From positions 3,104,001 to 3,168,000 of the forward strand of contig OZ219753.1 in the NCBI GenBank assembly GCA_964291315.2: a stretch of DNA of 64,000 bases. Reading direction: 5' to 3'. Every line of letters begins with the position of its first letter. Within the stretch, counting starts at the first letter, position 1. Shown here piece by piece: positions 18,150 through 28,634 of this stretch. The position numbers and the translations under genes were made by a program. Source of the stretch: Candidatus Poribacteria bacterium. Its GTDB lineage: Bacteria > Poribacteria > WGA-4E > WGA-3G. The notes beneath the pieces were generated by a model, which did not search any database, was not told the origin of the DNA, and saw nothing but the letters and a program-made list of their open reading frames with translations.

Positions 18150-20198
18150 ATGCATGAACTAACGATCCAAGGAGAGCTGCATACAAATTCAGTTGGCATG
18201 CAGCTCGTCAGGATCGAACCCGGTACTTTTACCATGGGATCGGAGAACGCAGCCTTATCAGATGAGTTGATAGACGGAAAATCGCATCTCCGCGACGGCG
18301 ACTGGGACGAGAAACCGGTACACAAGGTAACGCTGACCACCCCGTTCTATATCGGTACTTTGCAGGTTACCAACGCGCAGTATGAGGAATTTCAACCTGA
18401 ACACAGTGAAATCCGTGGGAAACTCGGCTTTTCGCGGGATGATGATGAAGCGGTTGTATTTGTGGATTGGCACGATGCAACACATTTCTGCAATTGGCTT
18501 TCTGAAAAGGAAGGTCTCCCTTATCGACTTCCGACCGAAGCCGAATGGGAGTACGTCTGCCGAGCGGGTACCACAACCCATTTCCATACCGGTGCCACTT
18601 TACCTTCTGAATTTCAGAAAAACGTCGGTGAGAGTTGGTACCCGGATGCTGGCCGAAGCCGCGGCACATCAGAAGTGATACCTCTGCATGTCGGACAGAC
18701 CCCACCCAATGCTTGGGGAGTATACGATATGCACGGAAACGTAGAGGAATGGTGCCAGGATTGGTATGGCGCTTACGAATCACGTTCACAGATTGACCCT
18801 GTGGGTGCAGAAACAGGTCTGTATCGCGTTACGCGCGGCGGTAGTCATTCGACACTGCTCTGTTATTTACGTTCTGCCAATCGGATGGCAGCAGTACCTG
18901 AAGATAAACACTGGTACATTGGGTTTCGAGTCGTTTGTGGTGAAATGCCTCGAACACTGCCTACACCTGCCCCGAAAATCGCATTGTGGGGACGTAACGT
19001 TAAACAGGAACGTGCAAGTGTACCCGCGCCAGAAGCACCTTACTTCGCGGAACCGATACCTTATATCAAAATCCCTGCAGGTTCAAATGGCCCCCTCTTT
19101 TCAGCGCACAACCACGTTCCAGCAATCACTGAATGTTCAAACGGTGACATGTTCGCGGCATGGTACTCCTGTGTGACAGAGCGCGGCCGCGAACTAACAG
19201 TCGCTGCAAGTCGGCTACGCTCTGGCAAAAAGGAATGGGATGCCGCTGAACCTTTCTGGGGGTCACCCGATCGGAACAATCACGCAACCGCACTCTGGCG
19301 GCACGAGAATGGACGGATTTATCATTTCAACGGACTATCTGCGGCGGCGACGTGGGGGCCCTTGGCGTTGGTGATACGCTATTCTGATGATAACGGCGCG
19401 ACGTGGTCGAAACCACGCTTCATTTCGCCGGAACATAGACTCCGACACATGCCGATTACCTCTGTCTTCCGGCGGCATAACGGTTCTATACTTCTCGCTT
19501 GTGATGCGGTGAGCGGTGGAAACGGAGGCACTGCTATATGGCTCAGCGACGATGATGGAGAAACGTGGAACGATCCAGGTGAAGGACAACCTATCCCCGA
19601 ATTCGAGGAAGGGAAAACCGGGGGGTGGATTGCTGGTATACACGCTGCTGTCGTTGAACTCACAGACGGGAGGTTAATGGCTTACGGCCGCGGTGACACT
19701 ATTAATGGACAGATGCCGAAAAGCATTTCTGAAGATGATGGCAAAACGTGGTGCTATAGTGCAAGCCAATTCCCCGTTCTTTCGGGCGGACAACGCTGCA
19801 TCCTTTTACGGCTGCAAGAGGGACCGATCTTCTTTGCGTCGTTCACAGGTGATCGGAGAGAACTACCACCTATGCCGATCGTCGATGCGTCTGGAAACGA
19901 ACGTCTCGTTACAGGACTCTTTTGTGCTTTGTCCTACGACGATGGCGAAACATGGGTATATATCCGTCCGGTTACAGACGACGGCGCAGAGCGAGAGATT
20001 CAAACGATGGATGGTCGGACGTTCACAATGGGATTAAACAGTGCCGAACCGAGCGGTTACCTCGCTGCCTGCCAAGGGGAAAACAGAATTATCCATCTCA
20101 TTAGCAGCCGTCAACACTATAGGTTCAACCTTGCTTGGCTGCAAAAACCACCGCCATCGGAAGCAAAAAAAATAACACCCTATGCCCATAACGTGTAG
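18150..20198 (+). CDS. FGE-sulfatase (SUMF1-like) domain fused to a BNR/sialidase-like propeller
   Basis: RLPTEAEWEY, GVYDMHGNV.EW, RGGS and IGFR motifs; Asp-boxes SDDNGATW, SDDDGETW, SEDDGKTW, SYDDGETW. Confidence 0.88.
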   Translation: MHELTIQGELHTNSVGMQLVRIEPGTFTMGSENAALSDELIDGKSHLRDGDWDEKPVHKVTLTTPFYIGTLQVTNAQYEEFQPEHSEIRGKLGFSRDDDEAVVFVDWHDATHFCNWLSEKEGLPYRLPTEAEWEYVCRAGTTTHFHTGATLPSEFQKNVGESWYPDAGRSRGTSEVIPLHVGQTPPNAWGVYDMHGNVEEWCQDWYGAYESRSQIDPVGAETGLYRVTRGGSHSTLLCYLRSANRMAAVPEDKHWYIGFRVVCGEMPRTLPTPAPKIALWGRNVKQERASVPAPEAPYFAEPIPYIKIPAGSNGPLFSAHNHVPAITECSNGDMFAAWYSCVTERGRELTVAASRLRSGKKEWDAAEPFWGSPDRNNHATALWRHENGRIYHFNGLSAAATWGPLALVIRYSDDNGATWSKPRFISPEHRLRHMPITSVFRRHNGSILLACDAVSGGNGGTAIWLSDDDGETWNDPGEGQPIPEFEEGKTGGWIAGIHAAVVELTDGRLMAYGRGDTINGQMPKSISEDDGKTWCYSASQFPVLSGGQRCILLRLQEGPIFFASFTGDRRELPPMPIVDASGNERLVTGLFCALSYDDGETWVYIRPVTDDGAEREIQTMDGRTFTMGLNSAEPSGYLAACQGENRIIHLISSRQHYRFNLAWLQKPPPSEAKKITPYAHNV

Positions 20199-20291
20199 AG
20201 GAAACACGCAGCCTATCCGTTTGAAACATTGATGACGAATTGCTCTGTTTTTTCAATGATGTTATGCTAACCGAACACCAGCGATAAGGAA

Positions 20292-21188
20292 TTGACAATG
20301 AAACTCCCATTTTTACATCAAGAAGTAGAAGTCCAGATCGATCTGCGCGAAAGCAACGACATTCTTGACAATCCTGATGCTTTAAAAGAAAGGATAGCAG
20401 CAGACGGCTATCTCCTGATTCGTGGGTTACATGACAAAGAGGCTATCCTCGCGGCGCGGTGCCAAATTTTGGAGAGACTCACAGCAAAAGGTATGCTCGC
20501 CCCGCATACGTCTTTGATGGACGGTATTTTTAATCGGGACTACCCCGACCCAACATCTACGGGGTCAATGGGCAATAAGGCATTGACGCAGCTGCCATTA
20601 TTCAAAGAAGTCGTTGAGGGGCAACCTATCATGAGCTTTTTTAGGCACTTCCTCGGCGGCGAAACGTGCACCTTCGATTTCAAATGGCTACGCACAGCAG
20701 GACCGGGGGCCGGTTCTCCTATTCATTACGACATTGTCTTTATGGGTAGAGGCACACAAAACCTCTATTCCTGTTGGACCCCTTTTGGGGATATATCGCT
20801 TGATATGGGGCCTATTGTTTTCTGCCTCGGCTCTCACAAATTCGCAAAGGTCAAAGCAACTTATGGACAAGCAGACGTTGATCGAGATCTCATTGAAGGG
20901 CATTTCAGCGACAATCCGCTTGAAGTTGTCGAGAAATTCGGAGGCCACTGGGCAACAACGACATTTTCAGCGGGCGATGTTATCATTTTCAGTATGTTCT
21001 TGATGCACGCTTCGCTTGTCAACACATCCAATAAGATTCGAATAACGGCAGACACGCGTTATCAACTTGCGATCGAACCAATTGATGAACGTTGGATTGG
21101 AAAGCAACCAAAGGGGCACTATGCTTGGAAACAGGATGGCACACAGATTGAATCTTTAGAAGAATCCCGGCAACGCTGGGGGGTTTAA
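20292..21188 (+). CDS. Phytanoyl-CoA dioxygenase (PhyH) family Fe/2OG oxygenase
   Basis: HYD, CWTPFGD, GSH, GDVIIF and HAS..N....R motifs. Confidence 0.88.
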   Translation: MTMKLPFLHQEVEVQIDLRESNDILDNPDALKERIAADGYLLIRGLHDKEAILAARCQILERLTAKGMLAPHTSLMDGIFNRDYPDPTSTGSMGNKALTQLPLFKEVVEGQPIMSFFRHFLGGETCTFDFKWLRTAGPGAGSPIHYDIVFMGRGTQNLYSCWTPFGDISLDMGPIVFCLGSHKFAKVKATYGQADVDRDLIEGHFSDNPLEVVEKFGGHWATTTFSAGDVIIFSMFLMHASLVNTSNKIRITADTRYQLAIEPIDERWIGKQPKGHYAWKQDGTQIESLEESRQRWGV

Positions 21189-21213
21189 AGCTTTCATCTA
21201 CTATTACATACAC

Positions 21214-21241
21214 TTGTAGGCGAGATTTCGAAATCCCCGCC
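21214..21241 (+). repeat. GTAG-headed REP-like palindrome
   Basis: TTGTAGGCGAGATTTCGAAATCCCCGCC. Confidence 0.5.
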
Positions 21242-21264
21242 CTCCTATCCAAACAACATCTATT

Positions 21265-22371
21265 ATGACTGAAAAAACAAAAGATATGCATAACGATTCA
21301 ATCACAAATAACACTCCTACAACGCCTAAAACCAACAAACCCAATCTATTCCTCCCCTTGCTCTTCGTTTTACTTTGTGCTTTTGGGATCGGCTTCGGTA
21401 TTAGGTATTACAAAGGTAGCCATGAGGCGACAATTGAAGGTGCCTGGGAGGTCTACTTTAGCGAAGTCAATGCGGGTGTTAATCATTATTCTCTTGAAAA
21501 ACGGCTTGTTGCGCGACTGTCTAACGCTGAGGAACGGATTGATGCTGCGCTCTATCACCTGAGTGCTGCACCGGTAGCCAATGCGTTGATCGAAGCACAT
21601 CACCGTGGGGTACAGGTGCGGATAGTCACTGAAACAGATAACATGGATGAGGAAGAAATTGGCCAGTTGCAGGAAGTCGGTATTCCGATTGCCGATGATG
21701 GAGATCCGGATAGCTATATGCATCACAAATTTATTGTGATTGATGAACGATATGTCTGGACAGGTTCCTATAACACCACCTACAACGGCGCCTACAAGAA
21801 CAACAACAATGTCATATTGATCGACTCAGTCCGGCTTGCATACAACTTCACGCAGGAATTCCGGGAACTGTTCCTCCGGGAACAGGTTGGAAAACCTTTT
21901 GATAGGTATATGACTTACCCACACGTGACACTGAACGATGGCACAGAGATTTTTACCTATTTCTCACCACACACCGACACGATCCGGCCCTTGCTTGAGA
22001 CGATCCGGTCGGCGAAGACATCAATCCACTTTATGGCTTTTTCGTTTACGCATGATATGATCGGCGGTGCGATACGTAACCGCTTTGAATCAGGTGTTGA
22101 CGTACAAGGGGTCTTTGAGAGCAGACAAGTCGACGATCGATACTCCGAATATAACGCCATGAAGGATGCACGGATCCCAGTTAGCTTGGACGAAAATAGA
22201 GGAGCTATGCACCACAAGGTGATTGTGATTGATGGAGAGACGGTGATAACGGGGTCGTATAACTTCTCAAAAAATGCAGAAAATAACAACAATGAAAACC
22301 TTTTGATTATCAAAGGGAATAGGGAGATTGCAGCGGCATATTTAGCGGAATTTGAACGGATAGTGCGTTAG
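21265..22371 (+). CDS. Membrane-anchored phospholipase D/Nuc-family protein
   Basis: N-terminal TM segment; two HKD motifs (MHHKFIVID, MHHKVIVID), each followed by TGSYN. Confidence 0.9.
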   Translation: MTEKTKDMHNDSITNNTPTTPKTNKPNLFLPLLFVLLCAFGIGFGIRYYKGSHEATIEGAWEVYFSEVNAGVNHYSLEKRLVARLSNAEERIDAALYHLSAAPVANALIEAHHRGVQVRIVTETDNMDEEEIGQLQEVGIPIADDGDPDSYMHHKFIVIDERYVWTGSYNTTYNGAYKNNNNVILIDSVRLAYNFTQEFRELFLREQVGKPFDRYMTYPHVTLNDGTEIFTYFSPHTDTIRPLLETIRSAKTSIHFMAFSFTHDMIGGAIRNRFESGVDVQGVFESRQVDDRYSEYNAMKDARIPVSLDENRGAMHHKVIVIDGETVITGSYNFSKNAENNNNENLLIIKGNREIAAAYLAEFERIVR

Positions 22372-23543
22372 TGTTTCTCACCTAAGGTTACGACATGATG
22401 TCGTTCTGCCCCGTTTCTACTGATTTTAAGTTTAACTTTCGTTTGAGGTCGCTTGGTTGCGACACATCGTAATAGATCGGCATAGGAACGTACAGACGTT
22501 TTGTCAAATTCAAGGATCACATCATTGGGTAATAGTCCGCCTTTGTATGCTGGGCTATCCTCAATCACGTGGGTAACATAGAGCCCCCATGTGCCTATGT
22601 CGACCTCAACGCCGAGCCAACCGCGCGCCACCCTTCCGTGTACTATAATCTCTTTAGCAACCGTGTGAACTGTCTCTATCGGCATAGCAAAGGTGATCTC
22701 TTGATTACGGATTCTTAGCGGGGACGGTTGTACAAGAAATTGTGTGATGTCTATATTGTCTTGTTCCTCAAACAACATATTAGCTAGTGCATCAGTGCGA
22801 ATTGGCTCTGTCATGACAGCAAGTATCATTCCAATGATCTCTCCTGATGTATTGACGACAGCTCCACCGCTGTTGCCGGGCGTGACGGCTGCGTTGATTT
22901 TGATTAATTCCGCGCACAGTTGATCTGGCAAGATGTCCCATCCAGCAACGATTCCGAACGAGATAATTGGACTGTGTCCGTAAGAGCTTCCTATCGTCAC
23001 GGCCCATGAACCGGTGTTAATCTTTGAAGAGTCTCCCCATTTGATGCCAGGTTGCATCGTTTTGGGAACCTTTGAAGATGTGGATCCGGGGCCTGGGTCC
23101 ACGGCGCGAATTATCGCAATATCGGTAAGTGTATCCGTACCGATCAATTTCGCTGAATATATCTCTCCGTTACTAAAAACAACCTCAAGTTTGTTTGGGG
23201 CTTCTATCTCAAAAATGGTTGTTGCGACGTGTCCAGCGGTGTCAATCAAGATACCCGAACCGATATCTTGACGGATGAGGCTTGACCTCTTAAGGTTCGG
23301 CTGGAACGGTACCGAATTAACCTGTGTCGCTACTACTTTGACAACTGCAGGCTGGGCACTGGCGACTATCTTCTGAAAATCCCTTTCGAACATCTGTAGG
23401 ACATTTTCTTTTGAAAAACTAAACGGAATTGCATAGAATAGTAGAGCGAGCAATCCGATTACCAATTGCCATATACGTCGCTCATCATAGGGAAAGAGTG
23501 CTATACGCGCACTCGGGCGGTGTTTTAAGTCTTTCGCGTGCAT
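22368..23543 (-). CDS. HtrA/Deg-family trypsin-like protein with one PDZ domain
   Basis: GSGILID, TDIAI, PGNSGG, RGWLGV and a PDZ domain; catalytic His not seen. Confidence 0.85.
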   Translation of the reverse strand: MHAKDLKHRPSARIALFPYDERRIWQLVIGLLALLFYAIPFSFSKENVLQMFERDFQKIVASAQPAVVKVVATQVNSVPFQPNLKRSSLIRQDIGSGILIDTAGHVATTIFEIEAPNKLEVVFSNGEIYSAKLIGTDTLTDIAIIRAVDPGPGSTSSKVPKTMQPGIKWGDSSKINTGSWAVTIGSSYGHSPIISFGIVAGWDILPDQLCAELIKINAAVTPGNSGGAVVNTSGEIIGMILAVMTEPIRTDALANMLFEEQDNIDITQFLVQPSPLRIRNQEITFAMPIETVHTVAKEIIVHGRVARGWLGVEVDIGTWGLYVTHVIEDSPAYKGGLLPNDVILEFDKTSVRSYADLLRCVATKRPQTKVKLKISRNGAERHHVVTLGEKH

Positions 23544-23644
23544 ACGTTTATCATCCTTCGGCTGTTAGTTGCGAGTGGTTGACAGTTGCGAAGCTTATTG
23601 TCTGCCATAAAAACTTTACCGATAGCCGTTTGCCAATTGCTATT

Positions 23645-24241
23645 TCAAAGTCCACCGCGTGTAGAAACGGTGGTATAGCTCACCTGTTTTAAGACATAGT
23701 GCTGCTGCATCGGTTGTCTCGATGTTGAGCTAACACCGCCAGGTAAAAACGGATCGGCATTTTGCACCTCGCGCTGTGCATCTGTGGGCGATGCAACAGG
23801 CGGAAGACCAACTCGGGACGGTTCGGAGGCTGGGGTTACCACGACAGCAGACTGAGAGTTTTGATCGGATAGGTTTCCGTTTTGGTAGAGGTAGCCGCCA
23901 ACGGTGGTGATAAGGATCAAGGCAAGAGTACCACTGAATGCCCATTTCGGACGGCGGAGTCTGTCTTGCAGTCGATGCCAACCTGTTGTGATAATTTCCT
24001 TAATACCCCCGAACTCGCGCCGTTCCTCAGCTAGTTGTTGCATCAACTTAGGTATAAAGTCCGGAGACGGTTCAATCTGCGGCAATCGCTGTGCAGCTTT
24101 AACAACCTCCTGAAATTGGGCATATTCGTGCTGGCACGCTTTACACGCTGTGAGATGTGTCTCAAAGCGCTGCAATGCCTGATAATCAAGTGTATCTTCA
24201 AGGTAGGCAGAAAAGTGTGCAGCAGCCTGTAAGCAATTCAT
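23645..24241 (-). CDS. Transmembrane zinc anti-sigma factor (zf-HC2)
   Basis: HLTACKAC motif, single TM segment, directly after the ECF sigma. Confidence 0.88.
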   Translation of the reverse strand: MNCLQAAAHFSAYLEDTLDYQALQRFETHLTACKACQHEYAQFQEVVKAAQRLPQIEPSPDFIPKLMQQLAEERREFGGIKEIITTGWHRLQDRLRRPKWAFSGTLALILITTVGGYLYQNGNLSDQNSQSAVVVTPASEPSRVGLPPVASPTDAQREVQNADPFLPGGVSSTSRQPMQQHYVLKQVSYTTVSTRGGL

Positions 24242-24259
24242 ACATTACTCCCGTAAACA

Positions 24260-24862
24260 TCAAATAAAGGATTTTAACTTATCTTTAAGCATGAGGCGGG
24301 CGCGATTGATCCTGGATTTCGTCGTACCGCTTCGAAGTTCAAGCACATCACTAATTTCGTCATAACTAAGCCCTTGCAAATCTCGAAGGACGAGCGGAAC
24401 CCTGTATTTTTCTGGTAGTTCCGCAATTGCTGCTTGGATAGCGTCTTGCAACTCCTTACGTTCAAGGGCGACCTCCGGTTGAGAAGAAGGGTCAGCAGAT
24501 GCGGTCTCAATTAAGTCAATCTGTGCGGTGTCTTCGCCTTCGCTATTCACAACGTTATCGACTCTGTATCGATCACGACGTCCTCGATTTCGCAGTTCAT
24601 TTTTGCAGAGGTTCTTAGCAATATGATACATCCACGTTTTAAAATGTGCGCGTCCAGGCTTATAACGTCGCGCAGCTTTAAAAATACGGATAAATGTTTC
24701 CTGTGCCAAATCTTCGGCACTATCTCTATCATTGATGAACCGAGCAATGAAATTGATAAGCGGCTGCTGATGCCGACGCACGAGAAGCGTAAACGCATTT
24801 TCATCGCCTGCTCGGTAGCGTTCCATTAATTCATCATCTAATTCATCATCTAATTCAGGCAT
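24260..24862 (-). CDS. ECF RNA polymerase sigma factor (RpoE/SigW-like)
   Basis: AEDLAQETF, FKTWMYHIA.N and LSYDEIS...GTTKSRINRAR motifs; GGAGG RBS. Confidence 0.93.
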   Translation of the reverse strand: MPELDDELDDELMERYRAGDENAFTLLVRRHQQPLINFIARFINDRDSAEDLAQETFIRIFKAARRYKPGRAHFKTWMYHIAKNLCKNELRNRGRRDRYRVDNVVNSEGEDTAQIDLIETASADPSSQPEVALERKELQDAIQAAIAELPEKYRVPLVLRDLQGLSYDEISDVLELRSGTTKSRINRARLMLKDKLKSFI

Positions 24863-25022
24863 CAAGAGCCTCCGGAGGTGCTTGCCTATAATATACACCA
24901 AACCGTAGATTTAGTTGCAGATTTTTTTGATCGGACGAAGATAGCAAATTTAGCGTCTATAAAAATTGCCAATTTCTGAAAGGTGAGGAAACTAACGCCC
25001 TAACCACTGAACGGTTCCAAGC

Positions 25023-25051
25023 TTGACCACAAAATAGATTTCGTGTATCAT
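25023..25051 (+). promoter_or_regulatory. Sigma70-type promoter
   Basis: TTGACC-N17-TATCAT. Confidence 0.5.
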
Positions 25052-25203
25052 TATTTTTGTAGCGATCCGCTATCAGATCGCTATACTTTCAGTTGTCATC
25101 TAAGGGGGCATTGTAGCTCTTGAAAACCGTTGTAATACCGACAAGAGTTGCTGATGACTAGCAGCTATCGCTCTAACTACCGAAGGTTAACAGCTATGAA
25201 CCA

Positions 25204-25785
25204 ATGGAGGCTTATATGTTTGATCAGGTTTTACGAGAAGTTGAGGCACAATGTAGAGAGGAAAGAATCCCGATGTTAGGTCCTGAAAAGGCGAAATTTC
25301 TCGCTGCTTGGGTCGAAAAGACAAAACCGTCTCTCATTGTCGAATGTGGAACTGCTATCGGTTATTCTGGATTATGGATGCTGCGTGTTCTAAAGACTAT
25401 CGGTACTGGACGTTTAATAACGATAGAAATAGATGCCGATCGAGCCGCCCAAGCGCGCACAAATTTTAAACGTGCCCGATTAGCAGACCTTGTCGATTCA
25501 CACATCGGGGATGCCCAAGAAGTCCTCAAAAGCATTCAGATCCCTGTCGATTTTCTACTCCTTGACAATAACTTCGATAACTATTTTCCGTGCTTTCAGG
25601 CAATTGAATCACGGCTAACAAATCCGGCAACTGTTTTGGCAGACAACGTTGGCATTGGTGCAGAGTCAATGGCAGATTATCTAACATACGTCCGCGATCG
25701 TTATGAATCTGAAACTCATTGGTTTGATATCGACTTGCCGTGGGTAAAACAGGATGCGATCGAAGCCAGCATCTACCGCCGTTAG
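25204..25785 (+). CDS. O-methyltransferase (Methyltransf_3-like)
   Basis: VECGTAIGYSG, TIEID, GDA and ADNV motifs. Confidence 0.88.
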   Translation: MEAYMFDQVLREVEAQCREERIPMLGPEKAKFLAAWVEKTKPSLIVECGTAIGYSGLWMLRVLKTIGTGRLITIEIDADRAAQARTNFKRARLADLVDSHIGDAQEVLKSIQIPVDFLLLDNNFDNYFPCFQAIESRLTNPATVLADNVGIGAESMADYLTYVRDRYESETHWFDIDLPWVKQDAIEASIYRR

Positions 25786-25803
25786 TTGAGGAGTACACCG
25801 TAT

Positions 25804-28545
25804 ATGGATTACAATTTCACTGCCGTCGCTCGGTTACCTGCGCTAGGCGACAATGTCGCTATCGCAACACGAACACTTGAAGGTGGCACATGCATCCGTC
25901 ACAACGGGCAACAATTCAAACTCTCACATACTATCTTAGAGGGGCACCGATTCGCGATTCAACCCATCCTAGGAACCGCGCCACTGTTGTCGTGGGGATT
26001 GCCTTTTGGTTTTGCCATAGGTTCTATTGCTCCGGGCGACTATGTGTGTAATCAGAAAATGATCGACTCACTGTCAATCAGAAACCTCCCCTTTGTACTG
26101 CCGGAAACCCCGAACTTCAGCGACAAAATGGGATCATATGTGTTGGACGAGGTGAAGTTCCGATCGGGGAAACAGGTGCTGTATCATTCAGATGATCGAG
26201 ACTTTCTCGGCTATCGTCGCCCTGGGAACCGCGGTGTCGGCACGCGGAACTATGTCGTCATCATGGGTACAACTGCACACACCTCTGGCTTTGCAAGAAG
26301 ACTTGCCGATATGTGTTCAGAGCACGCCGAGGCGTATCCAAACGTAGACGGGATTGTCGCCGTAACACACACAGAGGGTGGAGAAGATAAAACGCCGAAT
26401 AATATCGATATATTGCTCCGAACACTTGCCGGTTTTACCGTTCATCCGAATATCGGTGCGATCCTACTCGTTGACTACGGCACTGAGACGGTTACAAATG
26501 ATATGCTCAAGGGGTATATGGAGCGTGAGGGATACGCCTTAGATGATGTTGTCCACCACTTTTATCGGCTGCGCGGGGGCTTCGATGTGGATTTAGCAGG
26601 CGGCGCGCAAATTATTAACAGATGGTTGGATAGCATAAACAGCATACCGCGCACCGAGGAGTCTCTAAGAAACCTCAAAATCGCCCTGCAGTGTGGCGGT
26701 TCTGATGCCTTTTCTGGTATATCTGGCAATCCACTTGCTGCTTACGTTGCAAAAGAGGTTATCCGTTATGGTGGGTGTGCCAATCTTGCAGAAACCGATG
26801 AGCTCATTGGCTCGGAAGCGTACGTACTTCAGAACGTTCGTGATCTGCCGACAGCGCGCGCGTTCCTCAGGGCGATTGAAGGATTCAAAGAACGCGTTTC
26901 GTGGCATGGACATTCCGCAGAAGGGAACCCGTCTGGTGGTAATAACTTCCGTGGACTCTATAACATCGCTATTAAATCCATCGGTGCAGCCATGAAACGG
27001 CATCCCGACGTTTGTCTCGATTATGTTATCAAGTACAGCCAATTGATGGAGAGACCAGGCTACTACTTCATGGACAGCCCCGGCAACGATTTAGAGAGCA
27101 TCGCCGGACAGGTGGCATCTGGTTCGAATATGATCTTTTTCGTAACAGGTAACGGTTCAATTACCAATTTCCCGTTTGTCCCCACTATTAAAATTGTCAC
27201 GACAACCGGACGTTATGAGATGCTCGCCAAAGATATGGATGTGAACGCAGGGGCATATATCGACGGCACACCTATGGAAGAACTTGGCGCCTCGACGTTG
27301 GATCTGACGGTGAATGTCGCGTCAGGTGAACCTTCTGTCGGAGAGAAAGCAGGGCATTCTCAAGTCTCCTTGTGGCGCGATTGGAAGCAAACGGGTCGGG
27401 TAGATTTAGCCCCGTTGTTGATGGAATCCGAATTGCGATCTGGCGAACCGATCCCGATTGAAACCTCCTCTGGAGGTGTGAACAGGCCGGACCTACGATT
27501 CAGCGCGCTCCAAACAGAATCAGGGTACCGCACAGATCAACTCGCCCTCATTCTACCGACCAGTCTCTGCTCCGGACAGATTGCGCAGATGGTTGCCGAC
27601 CGTTGTAACGCACGGGAAATTGGCAAAAAGCAAGGCATATCCCGTTTTGTTGCACTTCCACATACAGAGGGATGCGGTGTCTCTAGTGGGCGTTCTGAAG
27701 AAATTTACACTCGCACAATGATTGGGCACCTCACACATCCTACAGTTGCCCTCGGTCTGCTCCTTGAGCATGGTTGTGAGAAGACACACAACGACCACGT
27801 CCGACACGAGATTCAGAAACTCGGTATACCGCCAGAACGTTACGGTTGGGCAAGCGTTCAATTAGATGGCGGCATTGATACTGTTATCAGCAAGGTAGAA
27901 AGCTGGTTTTCAGAGGAACTTGCTCATAAATCGTCTGTTCCTATTGTTGATGCAGGATTAGAGCACCTCTGCATAGCTGTAACATCAACTGTCAAAGTCT
28001 CAACAGAAGTCTCACAGTCTCTGATGCAGTTAGCTTACAAGGTTGTTGCTGCAGGCGGGACAGTTGTCGTGCCAGCAAATGCAGGATGGCTGCCAGCTGT
28101 CAGCTGTCGCCAAAGACCGCTTATAGGGACCAAAAAGATAGCAACTCCTACAAGTCCTACTGAAGGCCGAAAGTCGCCAGCTATTGTGCCGACGTTGGCT
28201 TATGGGCAGCGGGTTGAAAAGAGAGGTTTCCACGTTATGGAGACACCGACGGATCAACCCACGGAGACGCTAACCGGATTGGGGGCGGCGGGTGTGGCCT
28301 TGGCACTTTCACACATCATCGGAGCCCCTCTGCAATCACATGTGATGGTGCCGCTGATTCAGGTTTCCACGGATCCAGGAACACAAGCTAACTACGGCGC
28401 GGATTTAGATTTAGCGACTGTCGATGTTGAGAAGGTATTAGCATTGATTGTGGAGGTGGCCTCGCGCCGGTATACGCCGAAGCTGCACCGTAAAGGAAAC
28501 ATTAATTTTCAGTTGACGCGTGGGTTACTGGGTATTTCGATGTGA
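25804..28545 (+). CDS. UxaA/GarD-family dehydratase with SAF domain and internal duplication
   Basis: DNVAIA/GHRFA (SAF), GTRNY, LQCGGSDAFSG, GNPSGGN; a second HTEGCG/LEHGCE copy follows. Confidence 0.88.
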   Translation: MDYNFTAVARLPALGDNVAIATRTLEGGTCIRHNGQQFKLSHTILEGHRFAIQPILGTAPLLSWGLPFGFAIGSIAPGDYVCNQKMIDSLSIRNLPFVLPETPNFSDKMGSYVLDEVKFRSGKQVLYHSDDRDFLGYRRPGNRGVGTRNYVVIMGTTAHTSGFARRLADMCSEHAEAYPNVDGIVAVTHTEGGEDKTPNNIDILLRTLAGFTVHPNIGAILLVDYGTETVTNDMLKGYMEREGYALDDVVHHFYRLRGGFDVDLAGGAQIINRWLDSINSIPRTEESLRNLKIALQCGGSDAFSGISGNPLAAYVAKEVIRYGGCANLAETDELIGSEAYVLQNVRDLPTARAFLRAIEGFKERVSWHGHSAEGNPSGGNNFRGLYNIAIKSIGAAMKRHPDVCLDYVIKYSQLMERPGYYFMDSPGNDLESIAGQVASGSNMIFFVTGNGSITNFPFVPTIKIVTTTGRYEMLAKDMDVNAGAYIDGTPMEELGASTLDLTVNVASGEPSVGEKAGHSQVSLWRDWKQTGRVDLAPLLMESELRSGEPIPIETSSGGVNRPDLRFSALQTESGYRTDQLALILPTSLCSGQIAQMVADRCNAREIGKKQGISRFVALPHTEGCGVSSGRSEEIYTRTMIGHLTHPTVALGLLLEHGCEKTHNDHVRHEIQKLGIPPERYGWASVQLDGGIDTVISKVESWFSEELAHKSSVPIVDAGLEHLCIAVTSTVKVSTEVSQSLMQLAYKVVAAGGTVVVPANAGWLPAVSCRQRPLIGTKKIATPTSPTEGRKSPAIVPTLAYGQRVEKRGFHVMETPTDQPTETLTGLGAAGVALALSHIIGAPLQSHVMVPLIQVSTDPGTQANYGADLDLATVDVEKVLALIVEVASRRYTPKLHRKGNINFQLTRGLLGISM

Positions 28546-28634
28546 TAACACTCACTTCCGTGGTAAGCGAGGCGAATCCTCGCCTATTCACGCTCTATGG
28601 GTAATCCGAAAATCTACCAGGGCTTTTGCCTCGG

